This document shows, one piece after another, positions 11,494-21,494 of a stretch of DNA of 64,000 nt (position 1 is its first letter; every line of letters starts with the position of its first letter). Where the stretch lies: contig JAFXJY010000013.1 of the NCBI GenBank assembly GCA_017531985.1, positions 7,601 through 71,600 of the forward strand, written 5' to 3'. Source of the stretch: Bacteroidaceae bacterium (lineage in GTDB: Bacteria > Bacteroidota > Bacteroidia > Bacteroidales > Barnesiellaceae_A). Made by a program: the position numbers and the translations under genes. Below the pieces are notes generated by a model, which worked only from the letters and a program-made list of their open reading frames with translations, had not been told where the DNA came from and made no database searches.

Positions 11494-11618
11494 ATCATAT
11501 AGTCTATTATTGCATTAAGGGAACATTTTTTCAACCGTTCTTATCCTATATTTTTCCTTAACCCAAATCGTGGCAAATATACAATTTTTTTTCACAATCA
11601 CACTTTTCACTCCTACAA

Positions 11619-11887
11619 GAGAACTCCTATAAATTGCTTTGTGATGATTGATGATTTTTTTCTTAAAGTGGATTTTAGACTCTGACCGAATGAGCATAGC
11701 TAGCTATGTGACTGAGATGAAAGATACTAATATGCGAGCGAGAAATATCCAACTCGCTTGAATATTTTTCACAGCGAGCGAAAGTATCTCCGCGGTTTAC
11801 CGCAAAGATACCAAGCAAGAACATCAGGAAAAAGAATATTTCCCTTAACAACCGAATAACGAATCTGTGGAATTGATAGAAGTTCCC
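11619..11887. repeat. Intergenic inverted pair of the motif family
   Basis: GAGAACTCCTATAAATT at 11619-11635 and GATAGAAGTTCCC at 11875-11887. A TTTCCCTTAAC submotif lies nearby at 11841-11851. Confidence 0.4.
11734..11788 (+). repeat. Short direct repeat in a divergent promoter region
   Basis: GCGAGCGAGAAATATC at 11734-11749 and GCGAGCGAAAGTATC at 11774-11788. Confidence 0.5.
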
Positions 11888-11940
11888 ATGAGTTATATCT
11901 TTTTAAACAGTTTATAAGATGCTACTCACAAAATTTGATA

Positions 11941-11948
11941 TATCTTTG
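11941..11948 (+). promoter_or_regulatory. Bacteroidetes -7 promoter box (TATCTTTG)
   Basis: Matches TAnnTTTG, 26 nt upstream of the ATG at 11974. Confidence 0.55.
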
Positions 11949-11973
11949 CATTTTGAGAGAAACAGATTATGAC

Positions 11974-14298
11974 ATGAACACCTCACGCAAGCACATATAC
12001 AACTACGCAGCAAGCATAATTCTTACGCTTGTAATGTGCTTAATGGTAGGTTGCAGTCCCACACGTCATGTACCCGAGGACGAATACCTGCTTGATCGTG
12101 TCAAGATAGTAACCGACAATAAAGACATCACATCGCAGACACTGAAAACTTATATCCAACAACATCCCAATTACCGGATACTTGGATTTATCCCTTTCAA
12201 ACTGAGCGTATACAACCTTTCGAGCAAAGACACAACCAATCGCATCAATCGTTGGCTACGCAATATCGGTGATGAACCGGTCATTTTCAGCCAAGAAGAC
12301 ATGGAGGCCTCTTGCTTACAACTAAGCAAAGCCCTCTCCAACATGGGATACATGCATGCTCATATTCATGCCGACACCACATCGCACAATCGGCGTATGC
12401 TTGTCACTTACAACATCAAGACCAACGAACCATTCTACATCGACACAATACTTTACGACATACCACATCACGCCATCGATAGCATTGTACACTCTCAACC
12501 CTCCTTCATCCAAGAAGGCATGCTACTCGACCGGTCGCTGCTCAGTCAAGAGCGAGATCGACTCACCTCGTTAATAAGAAAAGGGGGATACTATGCGTTC
12601 GGTAAAGAGATGATAACATTTAATGCCGACACCCTATCCACCACTCGTGCCGTAGACCTTACTATCAAGGTACTACCCATGCCCTCCACTCAAAGCGACG
12701 TTCCTCCATCTTATGACAATCATCAGGTCTATCGTATCAATGAAGTATTTTTCGTAACCGATCCATCGCTTACCAATATAGACCTTACAAGGGTAGATGT
12801 AAGCAATGCCGAACGATACAAAGACTTCAACATCGTATATGGCGACAATCGCTATCTGTCACCCGGAGCAATGGTAGAGAATTGCTTTATCGAACCCGGC
12901 GATCTTTACAACCCCGACATGGTAGAACGCACATACACCTCGTTCAGTCGACTCACTTATCTTCGCAACATCAATATCCGCTTTTTGCCTCACTCGACCG
13001 ACGAGGGCGAAAAACTCATAGACTGTTACATATTCCTCTCACCCGGTAAGTCTCAAAGTATCAGTGCCGAAATTGAAGGAACCAACTCAGAGGGCGACTT
13101 GGGTGTCGCAGCCCAACTCACTTACCAGCATCGCAATATATTCAAAGGGTCGGAGCTGTTGACTGCCGAAGTGCGAGGGGCTTACGAGAGCATATCGGGT
13201 ACTTTTCAAGGATTTATTAACGACCACTACACCGAATTGGGTGGACGCATCGGACTGAAAGTACCCAAACTACTGTTTCCTTTCTTCTCCTACGACCTGC
13301 GTCGACGAATACCGGCCACAACCGAATTTGACCTATCACTCAACTTTCAACAACGTCCCGAATATACTCGCATCATAGCCGGTGGCGGATGGCGATACAA
13401 TTGGTCGAGAGGTGAGCATCGTCATCGCCTTGACCTGTTCGACATCAACTATGTGTACCTACCACAATACATGGAAGGATTTTTTGAACAGATAGCACCT
13501 ACCAATCCGTTGTTACGTTACAGCTACGAAGATCACTTCATTATGAGTATCGGCTATAACTACTACACAAGCAATATTCCATCAAGTACCCCCCTGCAAC
13601 GCACCACGCTGAAAAATGCCTATACACTGCGTACATCCATCGAAACGGCAGGCAATATACTTTACGGAATATCCAATGCCATAGGCTCAACCAACGATGA
13701 CGGATACAAAATCTTCGGTATTCGATATTCACAATACGTCAAAGGTAACGTCGATTATAGCTTCTTGCACAATTTCAGTCATCGCCACTCGTTAGCTATA
13801 CACACCGGATTGGGTATAGGTATCCCTTATGGCAACTCAACAGTACTACCCTTCGAGAAACGCTTCTATTCGGGAGGTGCCAACAGCGTGCGAGGATGGT
13901 CGGTTCGCACACTGGGCCCCGGTAGTTACAACGGACAGAACAATATGAATAGCTTTATATATCAATGTGGAGATATACGGCTCGACCTGAGCGTCGAATA
14001 CCGAGCAAAATTATTCTGGAAAATCGAGTCGGCTCTTTTTATCGATGCCGGTAATATATGGACAATAGCCGACTATGAGACACAACCCGGAGGCGTATTC
14101 CGCTTTGATAAGTTCTACAAAGAAATAGCCATAGCCTACGGCTTAGGTTTACGATTGAATTTCGACTTTGTTGTTATCCGAGCCGATTTCGGTATGAAGG
14201 CTTACAACCCGGCAAAAGATGCCGTAAAATGGGCTATTGCCAACCCCATTTTCAGTCGTGACTTTGCTTGGCACTTGACCATCGGATACCCATTCTGA
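11974..14298 (+). CDS. Second Omp85-family (BamA/TamA/TamL-like) outer membrane lipoprotein
   Basis: The track ORF starts at TTG 11935, but the -7 box at 11941 favours ATG 11974 (MNTSRK...). It has a lipobox LMVGC, POTRA-like N-terminal region and an Omp85 barrel ending in HLTIGYPF, the same tail as the tamL-like gene. Confidence 0.8.
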   Translation: MNTSRKHIYNYAASIILTLVMCLMVGCSPTRHVPEDEYLLDRVKIVTDNKDITSQTLKTYIQQHPNYRILGFIPFKLSVYNLSSKDTTNRINRWLRNIGDEPVIFSQEDMEASCLQLSKALSNMGYMHAHIHADTTSHNRRMLVTYNIKTNEPFYIDTILYDIPHHAIDSIVHSQPSFIQEGMLLDRSLLSQERDRLTSLIRKGGYYAFGKEMITFNADTLSTTRAVDLTIKVLPMPSTQSDVPPSYDNHQVYRINEVFFVTDPSLTNIDLTRVDVSNAERYKDFNIVYGDNRYLSPGAMVENCFIEPGDLYNPDMVERTYTSFSRLTYLRNINIRFLPHSTDEGEKLIDCYIFLSPGKSQSISAEIEGTNSEGDLGVAAQLTYQHRNIFKGSELLTAEVRGAYESISGTFQGFINDHYTELGGRIGLKVPKLLFPFFSYDLRRRIPATTEFDLSLNFQQRPEYTRIIAGGGWRYNWSRGEHRHRLDLFDINYVYLPQYMEGFFEQIAPTNPLLRYSYEDHFIMSIGYNYYTSNIPSSTPLQRTTLKNAYTLRTSIETAGNILYGISNAIGSTNDDGYKIFGIRYSQYVKGNVDYSFLHNFSHRHSLAIHTGLGIGIPYGNSTVLPFEKRFYSGGANSVRGWSVRTLGPGSYNGQNNMNSFIYQCGDIRLDLSVEYRAKLFWKIESALFIDAGNIWTIADYETQPGGVFRFDKFYKEIAIAYGLGLRLNFDFVVIRADFGMKAYNPAKDAVKWAIANPIFSRDFAWHLTIGYPF

Positions 14299-14362
14299 TA
14301 AGTCAGAATATATATTTTTTAAAAAAACAGAGCAGCAAATTTTTAATATCAATAATATTTTG

Positions 14363-14370
14363 TACCTTTG
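14363..14370 (+). promoter_or_regulatory. -7 promoter box (TACCTTTG) for tRNA-Arg
   Basis: Matches TAnnTTTG, 17 nt upstream of the tRNA 5' end. Confidence 0.6.
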
Positions 14371-14386
14371 TGGCACTTTATAGGTT

Positions 14387-14460
14387 GGTTGAGTAGCTCA
14401 GCTGGATAGAGCAACAGCCTTCTAAGCTGTGGGTCCAGGGTTCGAATCCCTGCTCAATCA
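14387..14460 (+). tRNA. tRNA-Arg (anticodon TCT)
   Basis: I folded a 74-nt cloverleaf by hand. Acceptor is GGTTGAG/CTCAATC, D arm GCTC/GAGC, anticodon stem ACAGC/GCTGT with loop CTTCTAA, and T arm CAGGG-TTCGAAT-CCCTG. No CCA is encoded. Confidence 0.9.
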
Positions 14461-14469
14461 CTTCAACAT

Positions 14470-14503
14470 GGGTACGCTGAGATTTCGGCTTACCCTTTTT
14501 TTT
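14470..14503 (+). terminator. Rho-independent terminator after tRNA-Arg
   Basis: GGGTACGC...GCTTACCC forms a stem with one mismatch and is followed by T8. Confidence 0.65.
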
Positions 14504-14538
14504 ACCCCTCACAACACTGTGTGGATATATTTATTGAC

Positions 14539-15552
14539 ATGAAAAGATACAGAACATATCTATTATTCCTGCTCATTCCATTGTTGTGGAGTTGTAGCTC
14601 GGTACATCTATTGGAATTAGACACCATTCGCCCATCGAAAGTCCATTATCACATCAACAAGCCTCAGATGGTAGTTGTAAACAATAGCGAAGTACCCAAT
14701 GGTAGTGAGTATAGCCGGTATATTGATGAGAACGGCAAGTATTTTCGATTGTCATACAACGCTGACAGCATCCCCAATTATTTTGCCATGGAACTGGCAC
14801 AGCAACTATACAACAGCCAATACTTTGAAAGCGTCGAGGTATTGCTCACCGATAGCAATTATATCACAGGGAATAAAGGTATAGAGAGCCAACTGGCCGA
14901 TGAGTGGCTATCGCAATATCCTTACAGTGTTCACTTAGCTATCAATGACATACGTCCATGTGCAACTATGCACATCGAACCACTCGATGGTTACTTTGCT
15001 GCCAACTTTCGCATAGCTACATCGACTCAACTGCAATGCGTCATCCCGGGCGATACAATACACCCGATAGTCGTAACCGACACCGTAAGTTGGTCGGCAT
15101 ACGGCGAGACACCTCAATGGGCAAGAGAGGAATTACCCACATTCGAAGAGTGTATCTACGAAGCTATTGTTTCATTAGCCACTCGCACGAGTCAATATCT
15201 CGTCCCACATAATCACACGGTGGAGCGTTACATATTCGTAACGGGGCACTCTGCCATGCGTGATGCCTACCGTTATTGGGGGAAAGGGAAATATACCGAG
15301 GCTGCCTACATATGGGAATATGTCTACGAAAAAGGCAAAAACCGCGGACGCCGTGCCAAGGCTGCTGCCAACCTTGCCATATTTCATGAACTGAACGACA
15401 ATTACGAGAAAGCACTTGAATATGCCCACAAAGCTCTCACACTGTTTACCGACAATGGAGATGTAGTCGAGGCTGACTACATGACACATTATTGCAATGA
15501 CTTGGAACTACGAATAGAGGAAAATATTTCACTCAGTCATCAGAGTTGGTAA
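14539..15552 (+). CDS. Putative lipoprotein with a C-terminal TPR-like helical region
   Basis: The ATG at 14539 gives MKRYRTYLLFLLIPLLWSCSS, a lipobox. The C-terminal half is helical (YWGKGKYTEAAYIWEY..., ALEYAHKAL). I do not recognise a specific family. Confidence 0.55.
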   Translation: MKRYRTYLLFLLIPLLWSCSSVHLLELDTIRPSKVHYHINKPQMVVVNNSEVPNGSEYSRYIDENGKYFRLSYNADSIPNYFAMELAQQLYNSQYFESVEVLLTDSNYITGNKGIESQLADEWLSQYPYSVHLAINDIRPCATMHIEPLDGYFAANFRIATSTQLQCVIPGDTIHPIVVTDTVSWSAYGETPQWAREELPTFEECIYEAIVSLATRTSQYLVPHNHTVERYIFVTGHSAMRDAYRYWGKGKYTEAAYIWEYVYEKGKNRGRRAKAAANLAIFHELNDNYEKALEYAHKALTLFTDNGDVVEADYMTHYCNDLELRIEENISLSHQSW

Positions 15553-15558
15553 ACAGGA

Positions 15559-16320
15559 CTATTCTTTATTGGTAGTCTTACTGCTACGCTTACTGCGGTT
15601 GAAACTGCGATAATCATCAAGCTCTATCTCAATATCAGGCTCAATGAGAGTATCGCGAGGTTCGCACACAAATTTTATGTACTTTATACTCTTTCCTCGC
15701 TCGAGCCATTGCTGCTCATAGAATGTCTTGATACTCAATATATCATCATCGATACCCGAGTGATAGAGGTCGTCAGTATCGACCAACACCGGGAAATGAT
15801 TTTCTTGCACCATGGCATGAGTATAAGTATACAGAAAAGGACTGTCGCTTTTGAGATGAATGATACCATTCTCCGCAAGTATCTCGCGATATAACTCTAT
15901 CATTCGCGTCGATGTAAGTCGTTTTCGGGTCTTTTTCATCTGTGGGTCGGGAAATGTTATCCATATCTCCGACACTTCTCCGGGAGCAAAAAAGTGGGTT
16001 ATAAGTTCAATGTGCGTACGCAAGAAAGCCACATTATTTATACCCTCTTCTTGTGCTTGGCTGGCACCACTCCACATGCGGGCACCCTTAATGTCCACTC
16101 CTATAAAATTCTTATTGGGGTAACGTCGTGCCAACCCTACTGCATATTCTCCCTTGCCACATCCGAGTTCAAGCACTATGGGATTTTCATTGTGGAAGAA
16201 TGCTTCATTCCACTTACCTCTCATATCAAATCCCTTCTCTTTCAACACCGCAAAGGGATACTGGAAGACATGACTGTATGTCTCCATATCGGCAAATTTT
16301 TGCAATTTATTTTTGGCCAT
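15559..16320 (-). CDS. trmB: tRNA (guanine-N7)-methyltransferase
   Basis: It has the SAM-binding motif [11 protein letters not shown] plus FIGVDIKG and the ...FPDPQMKK motif typical of TrmB. Confidence 0.88.
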   Translation of the reverse strand: MAKNKLQKFADMETYSHVFQYPFAVLKEKGFDMRGKWNEAFFHNENPIVLELGCGKGEYAVGLARRYPNKNFIGVDIKGARMWSGASQAQEEGINNVAFLRTHIELITHFFAPGEVSEIWITFPDPQMKKTRKRLTSTRMIELYREILAENGIIHLKSDSPFLYTYTHAMVQENHFPVLVDTDDLYHSGIDDDILSIKTFYEQQWLERGKSIKYIKFVCEPRDTLIEPDIEIELDDYRSFNRSKRSSKTTNKE

Positions 16321-16336
16321 AGTTCTATATTCTATC

Positions 16337-17845
16337 TCAACAAATTACTCGGGCTACTTTGGTCACAGCTGTACGACCATCGGTTGTAGTCACTTGTAGT
16401 ACATATATATTAGCAGCAAAAGGATGAGTGTCGATAATCACCTCGTTGGCTCGCATGGTCTTGTGCGACAACAAGATACCCGACACATCGTACAGACGCA
16501 CATCACACAACTCTCGTTCGCTGGTGAGCACAAGATTATATTGCTCAAATACAGCTTCTACATCACAACACACCGTCACATCGTCAATCCCCGTAGTACC
16601 CACAATACTACCAAAGTCCTGCCATTGAGCCGTGCTTTCATATATGACAACACTCTCAGCCGCCACACTAAGCGTCTTATGCTCAACATCCATATTGGCA
16701 AATACCATCTCTCCCAGCTCGGCTGGTATCTCTCGAGGTGTGTCAAATGATGCAGCATTAATACATCCATCGAAGGCATGATCTCCTATATACGACACCG
16801 ATGCGGGCAATACAACACTGTCGACTGCTATATCATGATAGAAAGCATATCGACCTATTGTCTCCACTCCATCGGGGATAAATGTAACACTTTGCAAGTT
16901 GTCGCATCCTGCAAAAGAGAATGAGTCGATATATTCGAGAACGATAGGCAACTCGACTCTTTGTAAAGAATTGCAATAATAAAATGCTCCTACACCTATC
17001 GATTTAACGCTCTTGGGCAGAAGGACTTCGGTCACCGATTGACAGCCCGAGAATGTCCATGCAGGCAACTCTCTTAAAGTAGCATTTGTCACATCAATGC
17101 GTTGTAGCGAAGAACAAGCAGCCCACACACCCACACCCATCGATTCCACTTGTGGCATGGTTATATCGGTCAGTGCATTGCACCCGGCAAAGGCTGCATC
17201 ACCTATGATGGGCACTCGTTCAGGGAATATGAATGACATCAAGGATGTAGCACTTGCAAAGGCACGTTTTCCTATATAATGAAGCTGATGACATTTTGAC
17301 ACATCGACGTTCAAGAGTTGACTACATTTATCGAAGGCGTAATCACCTATATGTCGCAAAGTAGGAGAAAACATAAACCTTGTCAACTCAACACATCCGC
17401 TGAACGCATAATCACCTATCTCGGTAATATATTCACCACCTTCTATCGAAGTAAGTTGCTCACAACCGGCAAACGCACCCTCCCCTATAACTCTCACACC
17501 TTGGGGCAGGACTACTCGCTCGAGCGATGCAAAGCCGAAAAATGCCGAAGGGGGAATTGACTGAGCCTCGAAATGAGTATGATAGCCCATATATCGTTCA
17601 TCTCTACTATCATATCCATCCACCATACAACCCGACATATCAATAGATGTTATGTGCGAAGCGTTCTCGTTGATACAAGCAAAGTCTCGCACATCGACAC
17701 TACCACTTATCGTCAATGTCGTAAACGCATAATTGCCTGCCAAAGCATCTTCAAGACCTCCGGCGTTTATCTTCACCACCTTATCCTGTGCTTGTGCAAT
17801 CATCATCACACATAATAAGATGTATAAAACAGATATTTTTTTCAT
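16337..17845 (-). CDS. BspA-like leucine-rich-repeat surface protein with a T9SS C-terminal sorting domain
   Basis: Signal peptide, then many repeats of about 23 aa (I...AF..C..L..I.). The C-terminal segment of about 80 aa ends [23 protein letters not shown], which looks like a T9SS CTD. Confidence 0.75.
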   Translation of the reverse strand: MKKISVLYILLCVMMIAQAQDKVVKINAGGLEDALAGNYAFTTLTISGSVDVRDFACINENASHITSIDMSGCMVDGYDSRDERYMGYHTHFEAQSIPPSAFFGFASLERVVLPQGVRVIGEGAFAGCEQLTSIEGGEYITEIGDYAFSGCVELTRFMFSPTLRHIGDYAFDKCSQLLNVDVSKCHQLHYIGKRAFASATSLMSFIFPERVPIIGDAAFAGCNALTDITMPQVESMGVGVWAACSSLQRIDVTNATLRELPAWTFSGCQSVTEVLLPKSVKSIGVGAFYYCNSLQRVELPIVLEYIDSFSFAGCDNLQSVTFIPDGVETIGRYAFYHDIAVDSVVLPASVSYIGDHAFDGCINAASFDTPREIPAELGEMVFANMDVEHKTLSVAAESVVIYESTAQWQDFGSIVGTTGIDDVTVCCDVEAVFEQYNLVLTSERELCDVRLYDVSGILLSHKTMRANEVIIDTHPFAANIYVLQVTTTDGRTAVTKVARVIC

Positions 17846-17970
17846 AGATAATAAAATCCCTTGTTTGAGGGTGTAAAGGTAGTAATTTTTGTTGTAATAT
17901 CAACAAAAACATTCGCCCTTAGCCATAGATACATAAGCAGTAACCCCCAATGGAATATAAGAGGACATCA

Positions 17971-18675
17971 CTACACCCTACTGTCGATGCGTATAATGTT
18001 TTCCACCAAGAAAAGATCACGAATATCACTCTTGGCAACTTCTATATCGTCATAATTACTATTCTCACTACGAAGTATTACTTGCGATGGGTCGGGATGG
18101 CGGCGTACATACTTTACCATTCGATAGTCATCAAGCAGAACTACATATATCTGCCCCCAAAAAATAAGATTAGGATTACGAACCTCTCGAATGGCTATCA
18201 GGTCACCATTTCCTATTACCGGAGCCATACTGTCACCACTGACTCGCACAATACAACAATCAGGATGAATAGCCGGCATATTGATAGTTCCTATTACTTG
18301 CTCGTCGGCAAACATTCTCTCTCGTGCCATTCCACCCGCTGTTACGTCAAGATCGTACACTCTTGCTCCACCTATTGTACTTCCGGTCATATCCAAGTCA
18401 CCAACCGGAACTGTTACAGTGGGTAATTGGTTGTTTCTGGCATTTCTTTGCCACATATCGCCTTCGCCCGTCAAAAGCCACTCTTTCGACACACCCAACT
18501 CTACCACTACTTTGTTCAAGAGGGTATCCCCAAGGGGCAGTTTTCCTTTCATGTGTTTTGAGAAATTCGATGCATCCATACCTATACGCTCGGCAAAGGC
18601 TATCTGTTTTAACCCCATCGATTTCATCAACTCTTTGATACGTTCTATTCTTGCTTCGTTGCTCATACACCTCAT
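17971..18675 (-). CDS. XRE-HTH / S24 (LexA/CI-like) self-cleaving repressor
   Basis: The N-terminal HTH is GLKQIAFAERIGMDASNFSKHMKG. The C-terminal S24 peptidase motif is VSGDSMAP...GDLI with a downstream Lys. The start could instead be the ATG at 18666. Confidence 0.8.
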   Translation of the reverse strand: MRCMSNEARIERIKELMKSMGLKQIAFAERIGMDASNFSKHMKGKLPLGDTLLNKVVVELGVSKEWLLTGEGDMWQRNARNNQLPTVTVPVGDLDMTGSTIGGARVYDLDVTAGGMARERMFADEQVIGTINMPAIHPDCCIVRVSGDSMAPVIGNGDLIAIREVRNPNLIFWGQIYVVLLDDYRMVKYVRRHPDPSQVILRSENSNYDDIEVAKSDIRDLFLVENIIRIDSRV

Positions 18676-18719
18676 TTTAAAGGTAAATAAACCTCTCTAT
18701 AATGGTTAATTTACCATTG

Positions 18720-18727
18720 CAAAGGTA
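18720..18727 (-). promoter_or_regulatory. -7 promoter box (TACCTTTG on the minus strand)
   Basis: The plus strand reads CAAAGGTA, about 45 nt upstream of the S24 repressor ATG. Confidence 0.55.
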
Positions 18728-18809
18728 GAATTTATTGCGATATGAGGCGAGGATATAAAGATGTTTTAACAAATATTAGTCACAATTTATCCAACACACA
18801 CTATCTTTC

Positions 18810-19004
18810 TTACTCCTCGACATGCGAGCCATCGCAGAATATGCCCGACTTGCTACGCCCACAGCGACATATAAAGGTACGACGCTTGACAAGTACCGCT
18901 CCATCAGGCAATACTATTCGCACATGTCCCCCTATACGCAAGGGACCACATTCTATCACTTTAACTTCCACTTGTGGCACTATATGAACTACATTCTTAT
19001 CCAT
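18810..19004 (-). CDS. CDGSH iron-sulfur domain protein
   Basis: 64 aa containing CRCGRSKSGIFCDGSH, the CDGSH 2Fe-2S signature. Confidence 0.8.
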   Translation of the reverse strand: MDKNVVHIVPQVEVKVIECGPLRIGGHVRIVLPDGAVLVKRRTFICRCGRSKSGIFCDGSHVEE

Positions 19005-19106
19005 AACTTAGTTTTTTGTATTCAATATAAGAACAGACCCGGTATATATTTTGTTTACTACTCGCATGCCTTGGTAGCTGTTTTGGCTGTTTACAAAAAA
19101 TGTAAT

Positions 19107-19114
19107 ACCTTTGC
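19107..19114 (+). promoter_or_regulatory. -7 promoter box (TACCTTTG)
   Basis: Matches TAnnTTTG, 19 nt upstream of the ATG at 19133. Confidence 0.5.
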
Positions 19115-19132
19115 ATCGTATTCACATACTAT

Positions 19133-19747
19133 ATGACTGAGAAATACCATAAACATTCATTCGGCATCATATCACTCGTTCTTGCACTATTTATAGCAGG
19201 AATGATAGTTATATTTACCGCCTGCCACAACACTACAACGCCATTACCTCACGGATATTTTCGCATCGCTCCCTATCCATCTACCTACAAGTCTTACACT
19301 CTGGGCGACATAAACTTGCAAATAAACGATTCGGCTCGATGCACAACACCTGCTACACACACCCGCGATGGAGTACATTGGCTCAACATACAATACCCTC
19401 GATACAATGCTACAATATACCTTAGTTACATACCTCTGACGGGAAACCTCGACCAACTCATGAACGAAAGCATCGAGCTGGTATATCGACAGAACATTAA
19501 TACCGAACAAGTTGAAGCTTTTGCCTACGAAGATATTACAAAAAAGCTATATGCCACTCTCTACACCCTATCTCCCGAGAGTGCAACGCCGGTGCAGTTT
19601 ATCGTTACCGATAGCTCCGAGTACTTACTCCGTGGAGCTTTATATTTCGACACTCCGGTCAAGAGTGATAGCATTGCACCTTCGCTTCAATACATCGAAG
19701 ATGATATTATACAATTGATAGAAAGTATTCGACACAACACTTTATAG
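19133..19747 (+). CDS. gldD: Gliding-motility/T9SS-associated lipoprotein GldD
   Basis: It has a lipobox (IFTAC). The blocks WLNIQYPRYNATIYLSY, FIVTDSSEYLLRGALYF and DSIAPSLQYIEDDI match my recollection of GldD conserved blocks. Confidence 0.65.
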   Translation: MTEKYHKHSFGIISLVLALFIAGMIVIFTACHNTTTPLPHGYFRIAPYPSTYKSYTLGDINLQINDSARCTTPATHTRDGVHWLNIQYPRYNATIYLSYIPLTGNLDQLMNESIELVYRQNINTEQVEAFAYEDITKKLYATLYTLSPESATPVQFIVTDSSEYLLRGALYFDTPVKSDSIAPSLQYIEDDIIQLIESIRHNTL

Positions 19748-19753
19748 CCAATC

Positions 19754-20398
19754 ATGCCCCACATTGACACTTTCACTACCAATCAATCAGTTGTCATCGC
19801 TGTGTGGCAACTCACTGAGACTCTCCCACAACTACTGGAACAGTGGGGCGATACGCCCCTTCCCCTCAATTTTACGGAGATTACATCCGAGAGACGACAA
19901 TGCGAAATATTGGCTACAAGACTGTTGCTACGACACCATTATGGTCGAGACATAGAGTTGCATCATCATCCCAACGGTGCCCCCTACATCGATACCGAAA
20001 ACATCTCCATCAGCCACTGCAAGTCGCACATAGCCATTGCCATGCATCCCTCTCGACAAGTGGGAATAGACATTGAAACATTAGGACAAAGAGCTGTTCG
20101 TACAGCAACTCGCTTCCTATCGAGCATGGAATATGCAGCACTCCCCGACGAGACAACCTTGATAGAGGGTATAGAGGCACGCACCGCAACCCTACATATA
20201 GCATGGTCGGTCAAAGAAGCCGTATACAAAATATACCCTACCGCTGTCGAATTTCGCCGAGATATTATCCTACCTTCCTTAATGAGCATCCCCACAGGAA
20301 CAATTGAGGTAGATCTGCCCACGCTCAATACTACAACCACAGCACACTACACACTATACAATGGATGCTCTCTGGCATGGGCTTTACTTAATATATAA
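19754..20398 (+). CDS. 4'-phosphopantetheinyl transferase superfamily protein
   Basis: It carries the ISISH, VGIDIE and WSVKEAVYK motifs. Confidence 0.8.
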   Translation: MPHIDTFTTNQSVVIAVWQLTETLPQLLEQWGDTPLPLNFTEITSERRQCEILATRLLLRHHYGRDIELHHHPNGAPYIDTENISISHCKSHIAIAMHPSRQVGIDIETLGQRAVRTATRFLSSMEYAALPDETTLIEGIEARTATLHIAWSVKEAVYKIYPTAVEFRRDIILPSLMSIPTGTIEVDLPTLNTTTTAHYTLYNGCSLAWALLNI

Positions 20399-20401
20399 GA
20401 C

Positions 20402-21487
20402 TTACATCCTTAATATATACTTCAAGCTGGTTATCAGTTTCGATTTATCCGTCGCAATATTATCAAATTCAATTTGATCTATATCTGCGATATCGAGACG
20501 AATACTCTTGGCATATTGAGCATCGTCAAGCAAAATAGGAATAATGGTTTTATTTTGCTTGACAGCATAACCCAATTCCCTTATTACATTTATTGAAGAA
20601 TTAGAATTAACCGATGAAACAAATATTACTACTTTCGATGTATCAATTGCATCCACTATAAATTCCTTATAATTTTCCCCGCTATATATTCCATTTCTAT
20701 CAATCCAATAGCCAAAGGAATTATTATCTAATACCTCCAATATATTGTCAACTTTTTCTTTATCCTTTCTTGAATAGCTGATAAAAATCTGATGATCGTT
20801 TTTACCCTCCTGCGGTAAAACCACATCTCCTACACATGAAAGTTCTTCTTCCGAAAAAAGTGACTTGTTTTCATACACTGACCGCTGTTGAGTCAAGGCC
20901 GATTGAATAGCGAAATGCTCGAAAATATCGATATAATCCATTTCTCCCGAGACATCACATTGATCATAGAGATATAGTTCTATCTCAAATTGTTTATTCG
21001 TTTTATACAGATTCTCCGAAATAGTATCGGCCATTATCTCGGCAACCTTGGTTATAGGAAAATGTGCCGCACCTGCACCGATACAAGGGAAGGCAATGCT
21101 ATTGATATCCAACGCATGGAGGAGTTTGAAGCATTTATCGATGGAGTGTTGAAGTATATATTTCTGCATATCAGATACCCCATCTTTACTATCAACCTCC
21201 GATGTTGATAGTTTTTTTGATAAGGTTAGACAATGAAATATATACTTCTGATAAGTCAGTAACCCTGAGGTGGAAACAACAACATCGCCCAATTGTGCCG
21301 GCAATTTCTTTTGAGCATCAAGCTTAATAAACTCGCCACCTTTCATAAGGATACTCCGCGACACTCCCCCATCCATAGAGATACCTGTATCATCCGAACT
21401 AACCAAAACTTCGGACTTCGATTGCGTTATATCTCCAAACACAATCGTCAATGTAGAATTATTAAACCGATACTTACGAGGCTTCAT
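20402..21487 (-). CDS. Macrodomain-TIR domain fusion protein
   Basis: The N-terminal half looks like a macrodomain (FGDITQSKSEVLVSSDD, DGGVSRSI, AFPCIGAGAAHFP). The C-terminal half looks like TIR (IFISYSRKDKEKV, VVIFVSSVNSNSSINVIRELGYA). The sequence is AT-rich by eye. Confidence 0.78.
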   Translation of the reverse strand: MKPRKYRFNNSTLTIVFGDITQSKSEVLVSSDDTGISMDGGVSRSILMKGGEFIKLDAQKKLPAQLGDVVVSTSGLLTYQKYIFHCLTLSKKLSTSEVDSKDGVSDMQKYILQHSIDKCFKLLHALDINSIAFPCIGAGAAHFPITKVAEIMADTISENLYKTNKQFEIELYLYDQCDVSGEMDYIDIFEHFAIQSALTQQRSVYENKSLFSEEELSCVGDVVLPQEGKNDHQIFISYSRKDKEKVDNILEVLDNNSFGYWIDRNGIYSGENYKEFIVDAIDTSKVVIFVSSVNSNSSINVIRELGYAVKQNKTIIPILLDDAQYAKSIRLDIADIDQIEFDNIATDKSKLITSLKYILRM

Positions 21488-21494
21488 ACCTTCT

